Assembly (NCBI GenBank): GCA_965203055.1
Contig: OZ241863.1
Location: 3,392,001-3,456,000 of the forward strand
Direction of reading: 5' to 3'
Length of the DNA stretch: 64,000 nucleotides
From: Spirochaetia bacterium
Lineage (GTDB): Bacteria; Spirochaetota; Spirochaetia; SZUA-6; Bin103
The notes under the pieces were generated by a model. That model worked only from the letters and a program-made list of their open reading frames with translations, had not been told where the DNA came from and did no database searches. Shown here in pieces: positions 19,685-28,824 of the stretch (its first letter is position 1; the number at the start of each line of letters is the position of its first letter). Both the position numbers and the translations under genes were made by a program.

Positions 19685-21106
19685 TTACGACGCCGCGGCG
19701 GCCAGCTCGTAGAGGTCCTCCAGCGAGTACCAGCGCTCGCGATCCCGCCGGGCGGGCGGCGGGCGGCGTACGAAGTAGCGGCGGCCGAGCGTGGCGCCGC
19801 GGCTGTTGGGATACCGCTCCGCCTTGCGCTCCAGCTCCGCTTCCAGCGCCGCCGGCGACCGCACCGCCCCCCACTTGCATTCGCCCAGATCGGTCCAATC
19901 GTCGTCGCGCATGCCGACCACGTCGATCTGCGTCGACCGGCTCCAGTACTCGCCGACCTGGAATCCGGCGCTCACGCCTTCATGCGCGTAGATGAGCGGC
20001 AGCGCTTCCCGGCACAACCCCTCGAAGCAGGTTCCGAACCAGGCTTCCAGGGCCGGGGCGATACGGTCGCGCAAGGCCCGCGCCGGACCGGCGCCGCGGA
20101 TGACGCTCACGTTGGGGAACACGAACCGGAACCAGAACCGCAGCAGCGGGTCGTCGATGCCGAAGCGCACCTGCTTCGGGTTTGGGCGCCGGCGGTCCAG
20201 CGGGTAACGGCGCCGCAGGTAGCCGAGATCGATGAGCTGGCGCAGGTAGTAGTGCACGTTGCGTTCCGGCAGCTCGGTGGCCGCGGCGATCGCCGGCGCG
20301 GCGCCGTGGCCGGCCGCCAGCGCGTGCAGGATCGCCTGGTAGGGGCCGAGCTCGCGCAACTCCTCGCGGAGCAGAAAGATCGGTTCGTGAAACAGCGGCG
20401 AGAAGTCGTCCAGGAGCCGTTCCTCGACGTTGCGTTCGATCGACCGGCCGTCGTCCAGGCTGAGCAGATACTGCGGCAGGCCGCCGACCAGGAAATAGGC
20501 CCGCGCCCGGTCGGCCGGCGACCAGCGCGGATGGAATCGGCCGGCGTCCAGGTAGCCGAACGGCTGCAGGTGGATCTGCGCGGTGCGCCGCCCGAACAGC
20601 GGACTCTTGGCGCCCAACACGTCCCGCTCCATGAAGCCCAGGTACGAACCGCACACCAGCAGGACCACGATGCCGGCGTCGCGCCAGTGCCGGTCCCAGC
20701 ACTGCTGCAGCTCGGCGAGCAGGTCAGGGCTGGCCGCGGCGATCCACTGGAACTCGTCCAGGGCCAGGACCAGCTTCGCCCCGGGGTTGGCCGCCGTCCA
20801 TTGCGTGACCACGGTGAGCAGCGCCTGCCGCCAGCCGCCGGCGCGCAGCTCGGCGAGCAGCGGCAGGTCGAGCGCGCCGGCGGCCTGTTCCAGGAACTCG
20901 CGCACCTGCAGCGCCGCCGAGGACTGCTGCCCCAGATAGTAGACGCCGGGCTTGTCGGCCATGAACCGCAGGATCAGCTCGCTCTTGCCGACCCGCCGGC
21001 GCCCGTAGATCGGCACGAACTCCGAGCGCGGCGACCCGTACGCCTCCGCCAACAGTCTCAACTCCCGGCCGCGGCCGATGAAGCGCACCATGCCGGGCGG
21101 CAGCAT
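19685..21106 (-). CDS. Archaeal-type AAA ATPase fused to a wHTH and DUF234 PD-(D/E)XK domain
   Basis: FIGRGREL, YGRRRVGKS, LALDEFQ, DPLLRFWFRF, YW...QIDVV...GECKW. Confidence 0.88.
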   Translation of the reverse strand: MLPPGMVRFIGRGRELRLLAEAYGSPRSEFVPIYGRRRVGKSELILRFMADKPGVYYLGQQSSAALQVREFLEQAAGALDLPLLAELRAGGWRQALLTVVTQWTAANPGAKLVLALDEFQWIAAASPDLLAELQQCWDRHWRDAGIVVLLVCGSYLGFMERDVLGAKSPLFGRRTAQIHLQPFGYLDAGRFHPRWSPADRARAYFLVGGLPQYLLSLDDGRSIERNVEERLLDDFSPLFHEPIFLLREELRELGPYQAILHALAAGHGAAPAIAAATELPERNVHYYLRQLIDLGYLRRRYPLDRRRPNPKQVRFGIDDPLLRFWFRFVFPNVSVIRGAGPARALRDRIAPALEAWFGTCFEGLCREALPLIYAHEGVSAGFQVGEYWSRSTQIDVVGMRDDDWTDLGECKWGAVRSPAALEAELERKAERYPNSRGATLGRRYFVRRPPPARRDRERWYSLEDLYELAAAAS

Positions 21107-21241
21107 GGCGCGCTCCGATCATTTCGTCAAGTCACGATTGAACAAGCCTCGACTAGACAAACCCGTGCCTGGCGGCGGTGGCGCTTGCCAAGTCCATGAC
21201 TGATCATGTACGCACTGCTTCAGTGAAGAAGTGGTGCTGCC

Positions 21242-22567
21242 ATGTCGGGAACGCGCCTCGCGCAACGGCGAGCGCAGGCTCGCTTCCTCTGGTTCGACGA
21301 GCAGACGGTACCGGAGACGGGGTTCGGTACGTTGGACGAGGCGCTGTGGAAGCCGCTGCTGAGCGCGCAGGGCGCCGCCGACCCCGCCCTTGCGCTGGAG
21401 AAGATGGGGTTGCTCGCGCGCGGCGTCACCGGCGCGGTGGAGGCGACCGTGGCAGGCCTGCTGCTGTGCAGTCAGGCGCCGGACGAGTGGCTGCCGAATG
21501 CCGCCATAACGGCGACGCACTACCGCGGCGTGGACCGCGCTTCAGGTCAGTTGGACGCCCAGACCATCACCGGACCGTTGAGCCGGCAGATTGCCGAGGC
21601 GGTCGCGTTCGCTGTCCGCAACATGCGGGTCGGCGCCTACAAGAGCCCGGCCCGTATCGACCTGCCGCAATACAGCGAACGCGCGCTGTTCGAAGCGATG
21701 GTCAACGCGGTGGCGCATCGGGACTACTCGATCCGGGGCAGCCGGATTCGCCTGTCGATGTTCGCCGATCGCATCGAGATCAACTCGCCCGGCGGGCTGG
21801 CGAATAATCTCGCGGTGGACACGATGGCCATGCGCCAATCCACGCGCAACGAAGCGCTCGCGTCGGCGCTCGGCCGCCTGCCGGTCGGCGCCGTCCGCGG
21901 GGCGGGCGAGCGGCGCTACTTCATGGAGCGGCGCGGTGACGGCGTGCCGACGATCCTGCGCGAGACGCGCGCGCTGAGCGGCAAGGCGCCGGAGTATCGG
22001 CTGATCGACAACTCCGATCTGTTTCTCACGCTGCCGGCGGCGGCGACCGTCCCTACCCCTGTCAGGATCGTCATCGCGGTGCGCAGCCGAGGCGCCGCCG
22101 TGCCGAACGTCGATCTGCTGGTGCTGATGCCGAACGAATCGTGGCGACGGGCGACGACCTGCGACGCCGGCGAGGCGGTGGTCGAGCTGCATCTTTCACA
22201 CCTCCCCGTCACCGTGTTCGCGGCCGCTGCCGGCTACGCGGCGCACCTGATTCGGGATTGGCAGCCGCGCCGCGGCGCGCTGACCATCGAGCTCGAACCG
22301 CTGCCGGACGGCGGCGCGGTCATCTTCCCGGACGCAACCGGCGAGATTCCCGGGCTTGCAGGGCGCCTCAACCCGGTGCGTGACCCGCTCGACCGCACCT
22401 TCCTCCATGCCTCCGGCATCGCGATCGACCAGGGCCGGCCGCAGCCCGTTCACTTCCTGCTCGGCGAGACCCTGCGGCTCACCGACGCCGATGGCCGCGA
22501 ACGGCTGGCCCGCATCATCGACGTCATCGGCCGCGCGGCCCTGATAGAGTACCGTCCCGTCGGGTAA
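21242..22567 (+). CDS. HATPase_c_4 (RecG C-terminal-like) protein of the AlbA_2/Schlafen family, apparently lacking the N-terminal AlbA_2 domain, with an extra C-terminal domain
   Basis: ALFEAMVNAVAHRDY, DRIEINSPG, RQSTRNE, MERRGDGV. The ORF begins in the linker region (FLWFDEQ), with no E-x4-E-x-K motif. Confidence 0.7.
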   Translation: MSGTRLAQRRAQARFLWFDEQTVPETGFGTLDEALWKPLLSAQGAADPALALEKMGLLARGVTGAVEATVAGLLLCSQAPDEWLPNAAITATHYRGVDRASGQLDAQTITGPLSRQIAEAVAFAVRNMRVGAYKSPARIDLPQYSERALFEAMVNAVAHRDYSIRGSRIRLSMFADRIEINSPGGLANNLAVDTMAMRQSTRNEALASALGRLPVGAVRGAGERRYFMERRGDGVPTILRETRALSGKAPEYRLIDNSDLFLTLPAAATVPTPVRIVIAVRSRGAAVPNVDLLVLMPNESWRRATTCDAGEAVVELHLSHLPVTVFAAAAGYAAHLIRDWQPRRGALTIELEPLPDGGAVIFPDATGEIPGLAGRLNPVRDPLDRTFLHASGIAIDQGRPQPVHFLLGETLRLTDADGRERLARIIDVIGRAALIEYRPVG

Positions 22568-22574
22568 CGCGCGC

Positions 22575-23741
22575 ATGCTCATACAACGGATCAAGCTGCA
22601 GAACCTGCTCTCGTTCGGCCCGGACGCTCAGGAGCTGGAGCTGCGGCCCCTCAACGTGCTGATCGGCCCCAACGGCTCCGGCAAGTCCAATCTGATCGAG
22701 GCCTTCCGGCTCCTGCGGGCCGCGCCGAAGGACCTCGTAGCGCCGATCCGCGCCGGCGGTGGAGCAGGCAACTGGCTCTGGCGAGGACAGCCACCGGCGG
22801 CCTCCGCCCGAATGGAGGCGGTAGTCGAGAATCCGCAGGGACGACAGCCGCTTCGGCATGCTCTTGCGTTTACGGCGAGCGGCCAACGCTTCGAGTTGAC
22901 GGAAGAAATCGTTGCAAACGAGCGGGCGTATCCGGGACGCTCACAACCGTACCTCTATTACGAATTCCGGTCAGGAAGGGCCACGCTGAACTATCGCTAC
23001 CCGAATGAGCGCGAGTTGCGCCTCGAGAATATCGAAATCGACCAATCGATACTGGCGCAGCGCAAGGACCCGGATCACTATCCCGAGCTCACCTACCTGG
23101 GGAAGACGCTCGGACAGATCCAATGCTACACCGAGTGGTCGTTCGGCCGGTCCACACCGTACCGACAACCGCAACCGACCGATCTTCCAAACAGCTATCT
23201 GTTGGAGAACGGAATGAACCTGGGCTTGATGTTGAGCCGTATGGCGCGGGAACCTCAGGTCAAGCGCCGGTTTCTCAACGCCCTCGGTCAGCTCTACGAA
23301 GGCTTGACGGATTATCACGTGAACGTCGAGGCCGGTACCGTCCAGGTCTTTCTCGAGGAGGGCGACCTTACCGTGCCGGCGTCCCGATTGTCCGATGGAA
23401 CGCTCCGCTATCTTTGCCTCCTGGCTATCCTCTGCGACCCCGCGCCGGCGCCGTTGATCTGTCTGGAAGAGCCCGAACTTGGATTGCATCCCGACGTACT
23501 CCCGGGGCTGGCCGAGCTGCTGCGCCAAGCGTCGGAACGGTGCCAGTTGATCGTCACCACGCACTCGGAGGTTCTCGTCGATGCGTTGACCGAGGTCCCG
23601 GACAGCGTGATCGTCTGCGAAAAGCAAGACGGGCAGACGACGTTGCAGCGCCTGCGAAAGGAGGCGCTGACCGAATGGCTGCAGCGATACCAGCTCGGAC
23701 AGCTCTGGGCCTCGGGTTCGATTGGCGGCAATCGCTGGTGA
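22575..23741 (+). CDS. AAA_21 / ABC-type ATPase
   Basis: IGPNGSGKSN, signature LSDGT, Walker B LEEPELGLHP, H-loop TTHS. Confidence 0.9.
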   Translation: MLIQRIKLQNLLSFGPDAQELELRPLNVLIGPNGSGKSNLIEAFRLLRAAPKDLVAPIRAGGGAGNWLWRGQPPAASARMEAVVENPQGRQPLRHALAFTASGQRFELTEEIVANERAYPGRSQPYLYYEFRSGRATLNYRYPNERELRLENIEIDQSILAQRKDPDHYPELTYLGKTLGQIQCYTEWSFGRSTPYRQPQPTDLPNSYLLENGMNLGLMLSRMAREPQVKRRFLNALGQLYEGLTDYHVNVEAGTVQVFLEEGDLTVPASRLSDGTLRYLCLLAILCDPAPAPLICLEEPELGLHPDVLPGLAELLRQASERCQLIVTTHSEVLVDALTEVPDSVIVCEKQDGQTTLQRLRKEALTEWLQRYQLGQLWASGSIGGNRW

Positions 23742-24352
23742 GTGTAACGGTATGTGTCGAAGGCGGCGGCGACTCGAGTACTCTGAAAAGGATGTGTCGA
23801 AAAGGCTTCAGTGAATTCTTTCGTAAGGCAGGGTTGGCCGGCCGCATGCCGAAGATCATCGCGGGCGGCGCACGGGACAACACCTACAAGGATTTTTGCG
23901 TCTTGGTCGGTGCCACGAACCGCGATTTCGTCATCCTGCTGGTCGATAGCGAAGCGCCGGTGTCCGGGAGTTCTGGCGTATGGGAACACTTGAAACGCCG
24001 TGACAAATGGACTCTGCCGGCCGGGGCCGCGGACGAGAACGCTCATCTCATGGTGCAGTGCATGGAGGCTTGGTTCCTTGCGGACAAGGCCACGTTGGCC
24101 GTGTTTTTCGGCAACGGCTTCAACGAGAACGCACTTCCCCGACGGGTAGAAGTCGAGAACATTCCGAAGAAGCAGCTTCTTGACAGTATCGAGAATGCGA
24201 CACGTTCGTGCAGGCCGAAAGGCAAGTATAGCAAGGGCCAGCACTCGTTCCATCTTCTTGGTCAAGTTGAACCGGAGAGGGTCACCGCGGTATCGCCATA
24301 TGCACGGCGTCTCATCGACACCCTGAAGAACAAGGCATCGGGTCGTGAATAA
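23738..24352 (+). CDS. DUF4276 family TOPRIM-like protein
   Basis: GTG start overlaps the ATPase stop (GTGA). VCVEGGGD, LLVDSE, VQCMEAWFLAD, YSKG.HS. Confidence 0.8.
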   Translation: MSVTVCVEGGGDSSTLKRMCRKGFSEFFRKAGLAGRMPKIIAGGARDNTYKDFCVLVGATNRDFVILLVDSEAPVSGSSGVWEHLKRRDKWTLPAGAADENAHLMVQCMEAWFLADKATLAVFFGNGFNENALPRRVEVENIPKKQLLDSIENATRSCRPKGKYSKGQHSFHLLGQVEPERVTAVSPYARRLIDTLKNKASGRE

Positions 24353-25047
24353 ACCTGTGGAGATCGAGTACCCCAGTTCGGACGGTGAGCCGGTGGCGGA
24401 AAGCAGCTTTCAACTCATCCCTCTGTTCTACGCCTTCGACGCGCTGCGGCGCCGCTATGCCGCTCGTGATGACGTGTTCGTAGCGGCCGTCCTGCTGTTG
24501 TACTACCAGGAGGGCAACCCGGCGGCGCGGGTGGCGCCGGACGTATTCGTGGTGCTCGGCGCGGAGAATCGCCCGCGCCACACGTACCAGTTGTGGAAGG
24601 AACCGAAGGGGCCGGACTTCGTGCTGGAGATCACCTCGGCAAGCACCAGGGACCGGGATCAGGGACCGAAGCGAGAGACGTACCGACAGTTGGGAGTGCG
24701 GGAGTACTTCCAGCACGACCCGACGTGGGACTATTTGGACCCGCCGTTGCAGGGGCTGGAACTGATCGGGGGAAGGTACGAGCTGCGGCCCGCCGGAGGA
24801 GCTGGCGGACGGAACTCTGCGGCTGGAGAGCAAGGTGCTGGGGCTGGAATTGCGGCAGGAGGCGGAGAGGCTGCGGTTCTACGATCCGGCGACGCAGGGC
24901 TATCTGCTGTCGTCGAAAGAACTAGAGCAGCAGCGGAAGTTGGAAGACGCCCTCTGGCAGGCGGAAGCCACCCGGAGACAGGCGGAAGCGCGCATCGCCG
25001 AACTTGAGGCGATACTCCGCGAGCGGGCTGAGAAGGGGCTAAAGTAG
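24345..25047 (+). pseudogene. Uma2 (DUF820) PD-(D/E)XK endonuclease, frameshifted near 24790
   Basis: YPSSDGEPVAES, VAPDVFVV, PDFVLEITS, LGVREYFQHDP in one frame. The canonical continuation LESKVLGLELR..LRFYDP is in another frame. Confidence 0.8.
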
Positions 25048-25166
25048 CGGTACCCGGCGCGTTCGGAGTATGGTGGGCGACGGAGGATCACGGATGGCTT
25101 ACGCGCCCGCCGCCAGGCGGAAGCGGGCATCGCCGCACTTGAGGCGCTCCGCGAGCGGGGTGAGAA
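24979..25166 (+). repeat. Imperfect ~55-bp direct repeat (24979-25034 and 25114-25166) duplicating the 3' tail of the Uma2 gene
   Basis: caggcggaagcgcgcatcgccgaacttgaggcgatactccgcgagcgggctgagaa versus caggcggaagcgggcatcgccgcacttgaggcg---ctccgcgagcggggtgagaa. Confidence 0.85.
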
Positions 25167-25194
25167 CGGCACACCAGGCAGATAGCCGCCGGCG

Positions 25195-28100
25195 ATGACG
25201 ACCCTGTCAGCGGACCTGCGCCGGCAACTGGAGCGCACCGTCATGCAAGCGCGCCACGTCGCCGAGACCGGCGCCCGGGCGGCGCTGGAAGCGCTCGCCG
25301 TTGCCGAACCCCAGCCCTACGTTCACATGGACGGCGCGCAGCGCGACCTGCGCCTGCGGTTGCGCGCCCACGCCCGGCAGCTCGGCGACCGGCTCGGCGC
25401 CGCCGCGGGAGCACGGTCAATCGATCACGTGGTCTACGAGTGCGCCTTTGAGCACTGGCACGGCATGCTGTTCGCCCGCTTCCTGGCCGAGAACCACCTG
25501 CTGATCGAGCCGGAACTGGGCATCGAGGTCACCCTGGCCGAATGCGCGGAACTGGCGCAGGAGGAACAGGACGCCGACCAGTGGACGCTGGCCGCGCGCT
25601 TCGCCCAACGCATGCTGCCGCAAGTGTTCCGGCCCGACCACCCGGCTTTCGCGGTCCGCCTCGCCCGCGAACACCGGCTGGCGTTGGAGCGGCTGGTCGA
25701 GAGCCTGCCGGCGGAGGTGTTCGCGGCAGCCGACTCGCTCGGCTGGGTCTACCAGTTCTGGCAGTCCGGCCGTAAGGCCGAGGTGAACCGCTCCGAGGTC
25801 AAGATCGGTGCGGAAGAGATGCCCGCAGTGACGCAACTGTTCACCGAGCCCTACATGGTGAGCTTCCTGCTGGACAACTCCCTGGGGGCGTGGTGGGCGG
25901 CGCGCCGCCTGACCGACCTGAACGAGGCCGCGCTAACCGACGCCGGCACGGAATCGGAACTGCGCCGAGCGGTGGCGCTGCCCGGCGTGCCGCTCGACTA
26001 TCTGCGCTTCGTGCGCCACGACGAAGGAGAAGGAACAGGGCCTGCGCGGTGGCGCCCGGCAGCCGGCGCGTTCGACCGCTGGCCCGAGCAGCTCGGCGAC
26101 CTCAAGGTTCTGGACCCCTGCTGCGGTTCGGGTCACTTCCTGGTCGCCGCCTTGGGCATGCTGGTGCCGATGCGCATGGCAAGCGAGGGGCTGACCGCGC
26201 GCGCAGCCGTGGATGCGGTGCTGCGCGACAACCTGCACGGCCTGGAACTGGACCGACGCTGCGTGGAGCTGGCCGCGTTCGCCCTGGCGCTGGCCGCCTG
26301 GCGCTGGCCCGGCGCCGGCGGCTATCGGCCGCTGCCGTCGCTGAACGTGGCCTGCTCCGGGCTCGCGCCCAACGCGGCCAAGGAGGAGTGGATCACGTTG
26401 GCGGAGCAGGCCGCCGCCGGCGATACCGCGCTTTCGGCTCAGCTTCGCGGCAGCCTGGACGCGCTGCACGATCTGTTTCGGCAGGCGCCGCTGCTGGGCT
26501 CGCTGATCGACCCGCGGACGCTGAAGCGGGAGTTGTTTCAGGGTGACTACGAGTCGGTGCAGGCGCTGTTCGCCGCCGCGGCCGCATCGGAGCGCGCCAC
26601 CTTCGAGCAGACCGAGCGGGCGGTAGCGGCGCAGGGAATCGCGCGCGCCGCCGAGTTGCTGGCCGGCCGCTACCACCTCGTGATCACCAACGTTCCCTAC
26701 CTCACGCGCCGCAAGCAGAACAAAGATCTGCGCGCCTTCTGCGAAGCCCGCTACCCGGCCGCCAAGAACGATCTGGCCACCGTATACCTGGAACGTGCCT
26801 TGAGTCTGTGCGTAGAAGGAGGAACCGCCAGCTTGGTGCTGCCGCAGAACTGGCTGTTTCTCACGAGCTACCGACTGCTCCGCGAGAAGCTGCTCAAGCG
26901 CGAGGCGTGGCATCTGCTCGCCCGGCTGGGGGAAGGAGGATTCGAGTCATCCGCAGCCGCCGGCGCGTTTGCTGTGTTGCTTACGTTGAGCCGCGGCAGT
27001 CCGGCCGATCAACCACTCCGATTGTCCCGCAACCAGACAGCGGACCGCGGAGTATACGGTCTGGACGTTGCTGTAGCTCCAACCGCGAACCAGAAGGCCA
27101 AGCAGCTATTGACTGCGGAGATGACAGGATATCAGCAGCAGGAATACCTGCGAAATCCGAAGGCAGTCATTACGTCTGGCCGTCCTCCTGCAAGCGGAAT
27201 GCAGTTGGCAGAAGGCGCTGACTACGGCAAGGGCAGTACTACCGGTGACGCCCCGAGATTCCTGTCCTGCTTCTGGGAGTTTCCCGAAATCGCGTCCTAT
27301 CATGTCTTGTGGCTCAACTCGCCAAGTGAGCATGCATGGTCCGGAAGGACGCAGATTTGCACGGTGCCATTGAACCACGAGGACCTGAGCGTCCAGAGAG
27401 GATGTCGGATACACGGCCAGCGTGTCTTTGGTCGTCCCGGAGTCGCAGTCAACAAGATGCGGCGGTTGGAACCGTTTCTCTACGCCGGGGAAGTGTTCGA
27501 CGACAACGTATGCCCGATCGCACCGAAAGATGCTGGCCTGATCCCGGCCGTATGGTCATACGTCCAGTCGACTCACTATCACGACGATGTACGGTCCATT
27601 GACCAAAAGCTGAACGTTACGGCCGGGACGCTGACGTCCGTTCCCTTCGACCTGGACCGCTGGACCGAAGTCGCCGCCGAACAATATCCCAACGGCCTTC
27701 CGCTTCCCTACACCGACGATCCCACGCAGTGGATATTCCACGGCCATCCGTGCGGGTCGGTCATCTGGGACGAAACGACCAAACGCACCACCAACGGACC
27801 GTTCCGGCAGGATGCCGGCGTGCTGCAGGTCGCCGTCGCCCGCCTGCTCGGCTACCGCTGGCCGGCGGAACGGGACGATGCCATGGAACTGGCCCCGGAA
27901 CAGCGCGCCTGGGTCCGCCGCTGCGCCACGCTGCACCACTTCGCCGACCAGGACGGCATCGTCTGCCTGCCGGCGGTGCGCGGCGAACTGCCCGCTGCCG
28001 ACCGCCTGCTGCGCCTGCTGGCCGCCGCCTTCGGCGAAGCATGGAGCGACGCCACCCTCCCGCGCCTGCTCGCCGCTGCCGGCAGCGCCAGCCTCGACGA

Positions 28101-28815
28101 CTGGTTGCGCAACCGCTTCTTCGAGCAGCACTGCAAGCGATTCCATCACCGCCCGTTCGTCTGGCACGTCTGGGACGGCCGCCGCGACGGCTTTCACGCC
28201 CTGGTCAACTACCACAAGCTGGCAGCCGAGGGCCGTAAAGGCCGGCAGCTCCTTGAATCCCTCACCTACAGCTACCTGGGCGACTGGATCACGCGCCAGA
28301 AAGACGGCGTGGAACGCGGCGCCGCGGGCGCCGAGGATCGGCTTGCCGTCGCCTTTGCACTGCAACGGCGCCTCGCTGCCATCCTCGACGGCGAACCGCC
28401 GTTCGACCTGTTCATCCGCTGGAAGCCGCTCGCCCAACAACCGACCGGCTGGCACCCGGACGTCAACGACGGCGTACGGCTCAACATCCGTCCATTCATG
28501 GCCGCCGACCTCGACGGCGGCAAGAAGGGCGCCGGCATCTTGCGCGCCAAGCCGAACGTCCACTGGCGCAAGGACCGCGGCAAGGAACCCCGCACGCTGG
28601 CTGACGGCGGCAAGCCCTCGCCCTGGGCGCAAGACGACCGCGACCTGGACGACGACCGCGACCTGCGCCCCAAGGAAGACTACCCGTGGTTCTGGCACGG
28701 CGACCAGTTCACCGGCGACCGGGTAAACGACATCCATCTCACGAACGCCGAGAGATCAGCGCCCCGGGCTCATCCTATCTCGTACTACTTCTCACGGACG
28801 GCCCGTTCGATATAG
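25195..28815 (+). CDS. pglX: BREX adenine methyltransferase PglX (BrxX)
   Basis: PAVTQLFTEPYMV, SAM-binding VLDPCCGSGHF, catalytic ITNVPY, C-terminal FHHRPFVWH and DVNDGVRLNIRP. Confidence 0.9.
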   Translation: MTTLSADLRRQLERTVMQARHVAETGARAALEALAVAEPQPYVHMDGAQRDLRLRLRAHARQLGDRLGAAAGARSIDHVVYECAFEHWHGMLFARFLAENHLLIEPELGIEVTLAECAELAQEEQDADQWTLAARFAQRMLPQVFRPDHPAFAVRLAREHRLALERLVESLPAEVFAAADSLGWVYQFWQSGRKAEVNRSEVKIGAEEMPAVTQLFTEPYMVSFLLDNSLGAWWAARRLTDLNEAALTDAGTESELRRAVALPGVPLDYLRFVRHDEGEGTGPARWRPAAGAFDRWPEQLGDLKVLDPCCGSGHFLVAALGMLVPMRMASEGLTARAAVDAVLRDNLHGLELDRRCVELAAFALALAAWRWPGAGGYRPLPSLNVACSGLAPNAAKEEWITLAEQAAAGDTALSAQLRGSLDALHDLFRQAPLLGSLIDPRTLKRELFQGDYESVQALFAAAAASERATFEQTERAVAAQGIARAAELLAGRYHLVITNVPYLTRRKQNKDLRAFCEARYPAAKNDLATVYLERALSLCVEGGTASLVLPQNWLFLTSYRLLREKLLKREAWHLLARLGEGGFESSAAAGAFAVLLTLSRGSPADQPLRLSRNQTADRGVYGLDVAVAPTANQKAKQLLTAEMTGYQQQEYLRNPKAVITSGRPPASGMQLAEGADYGKGSTTGDAPRFLSCFWEFPEIASYHVLWLNSPSEHAWSGRTQICTVPLNHEDLSVQRGCRIHGQRVFGRPGVAVNKMRRLEPFLYAGEVFDDNVCPIAPKDAGLIPAVWSYVQSTHYHDDVRSIDQKLNVTAGTLTSVPFDLDRWTEVAAEQYPNGLPLPYTDDPTQWIFHGHPCGSVIWDETTKRTTNGPFRQDAGVLQVAVARLLGYRWPAERDDAMELAPEQRAWVRRCATLHHFADQDGIVCLPAVRGELPAADRLLRLLAAAFGEAWSDATLPRLLAAAGSASLDDWLRNRFFEQHCKRFHHRPFVWHVWDGRRDGFHALVNYHKLAAEGRKGRQLLESLTYSYLGDWITRQKDGVERGAAGAEDRLAVAFALQRRLAAILDGEPPFDLFIRWKPLAQQPTGWHPDVNDGVRLNIRPFMAADLDGGKKGAGILRAKPNVHWRKDRGKEPRTLADGGKPSPWAQDDRDLDDDRDLRPKEDYPWFWHGDQFTGDRVNDIHLTNAERSAPRAHPISYYFSRTARSI

Positions 28816-28824
28816 GATCAACCA

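Noticed and set aside
16167..19898. 1243-aa minus-strand ORF
   Set aside because: Antisense shadow of brxC; no motifs, and expected from high-GC codon bias.
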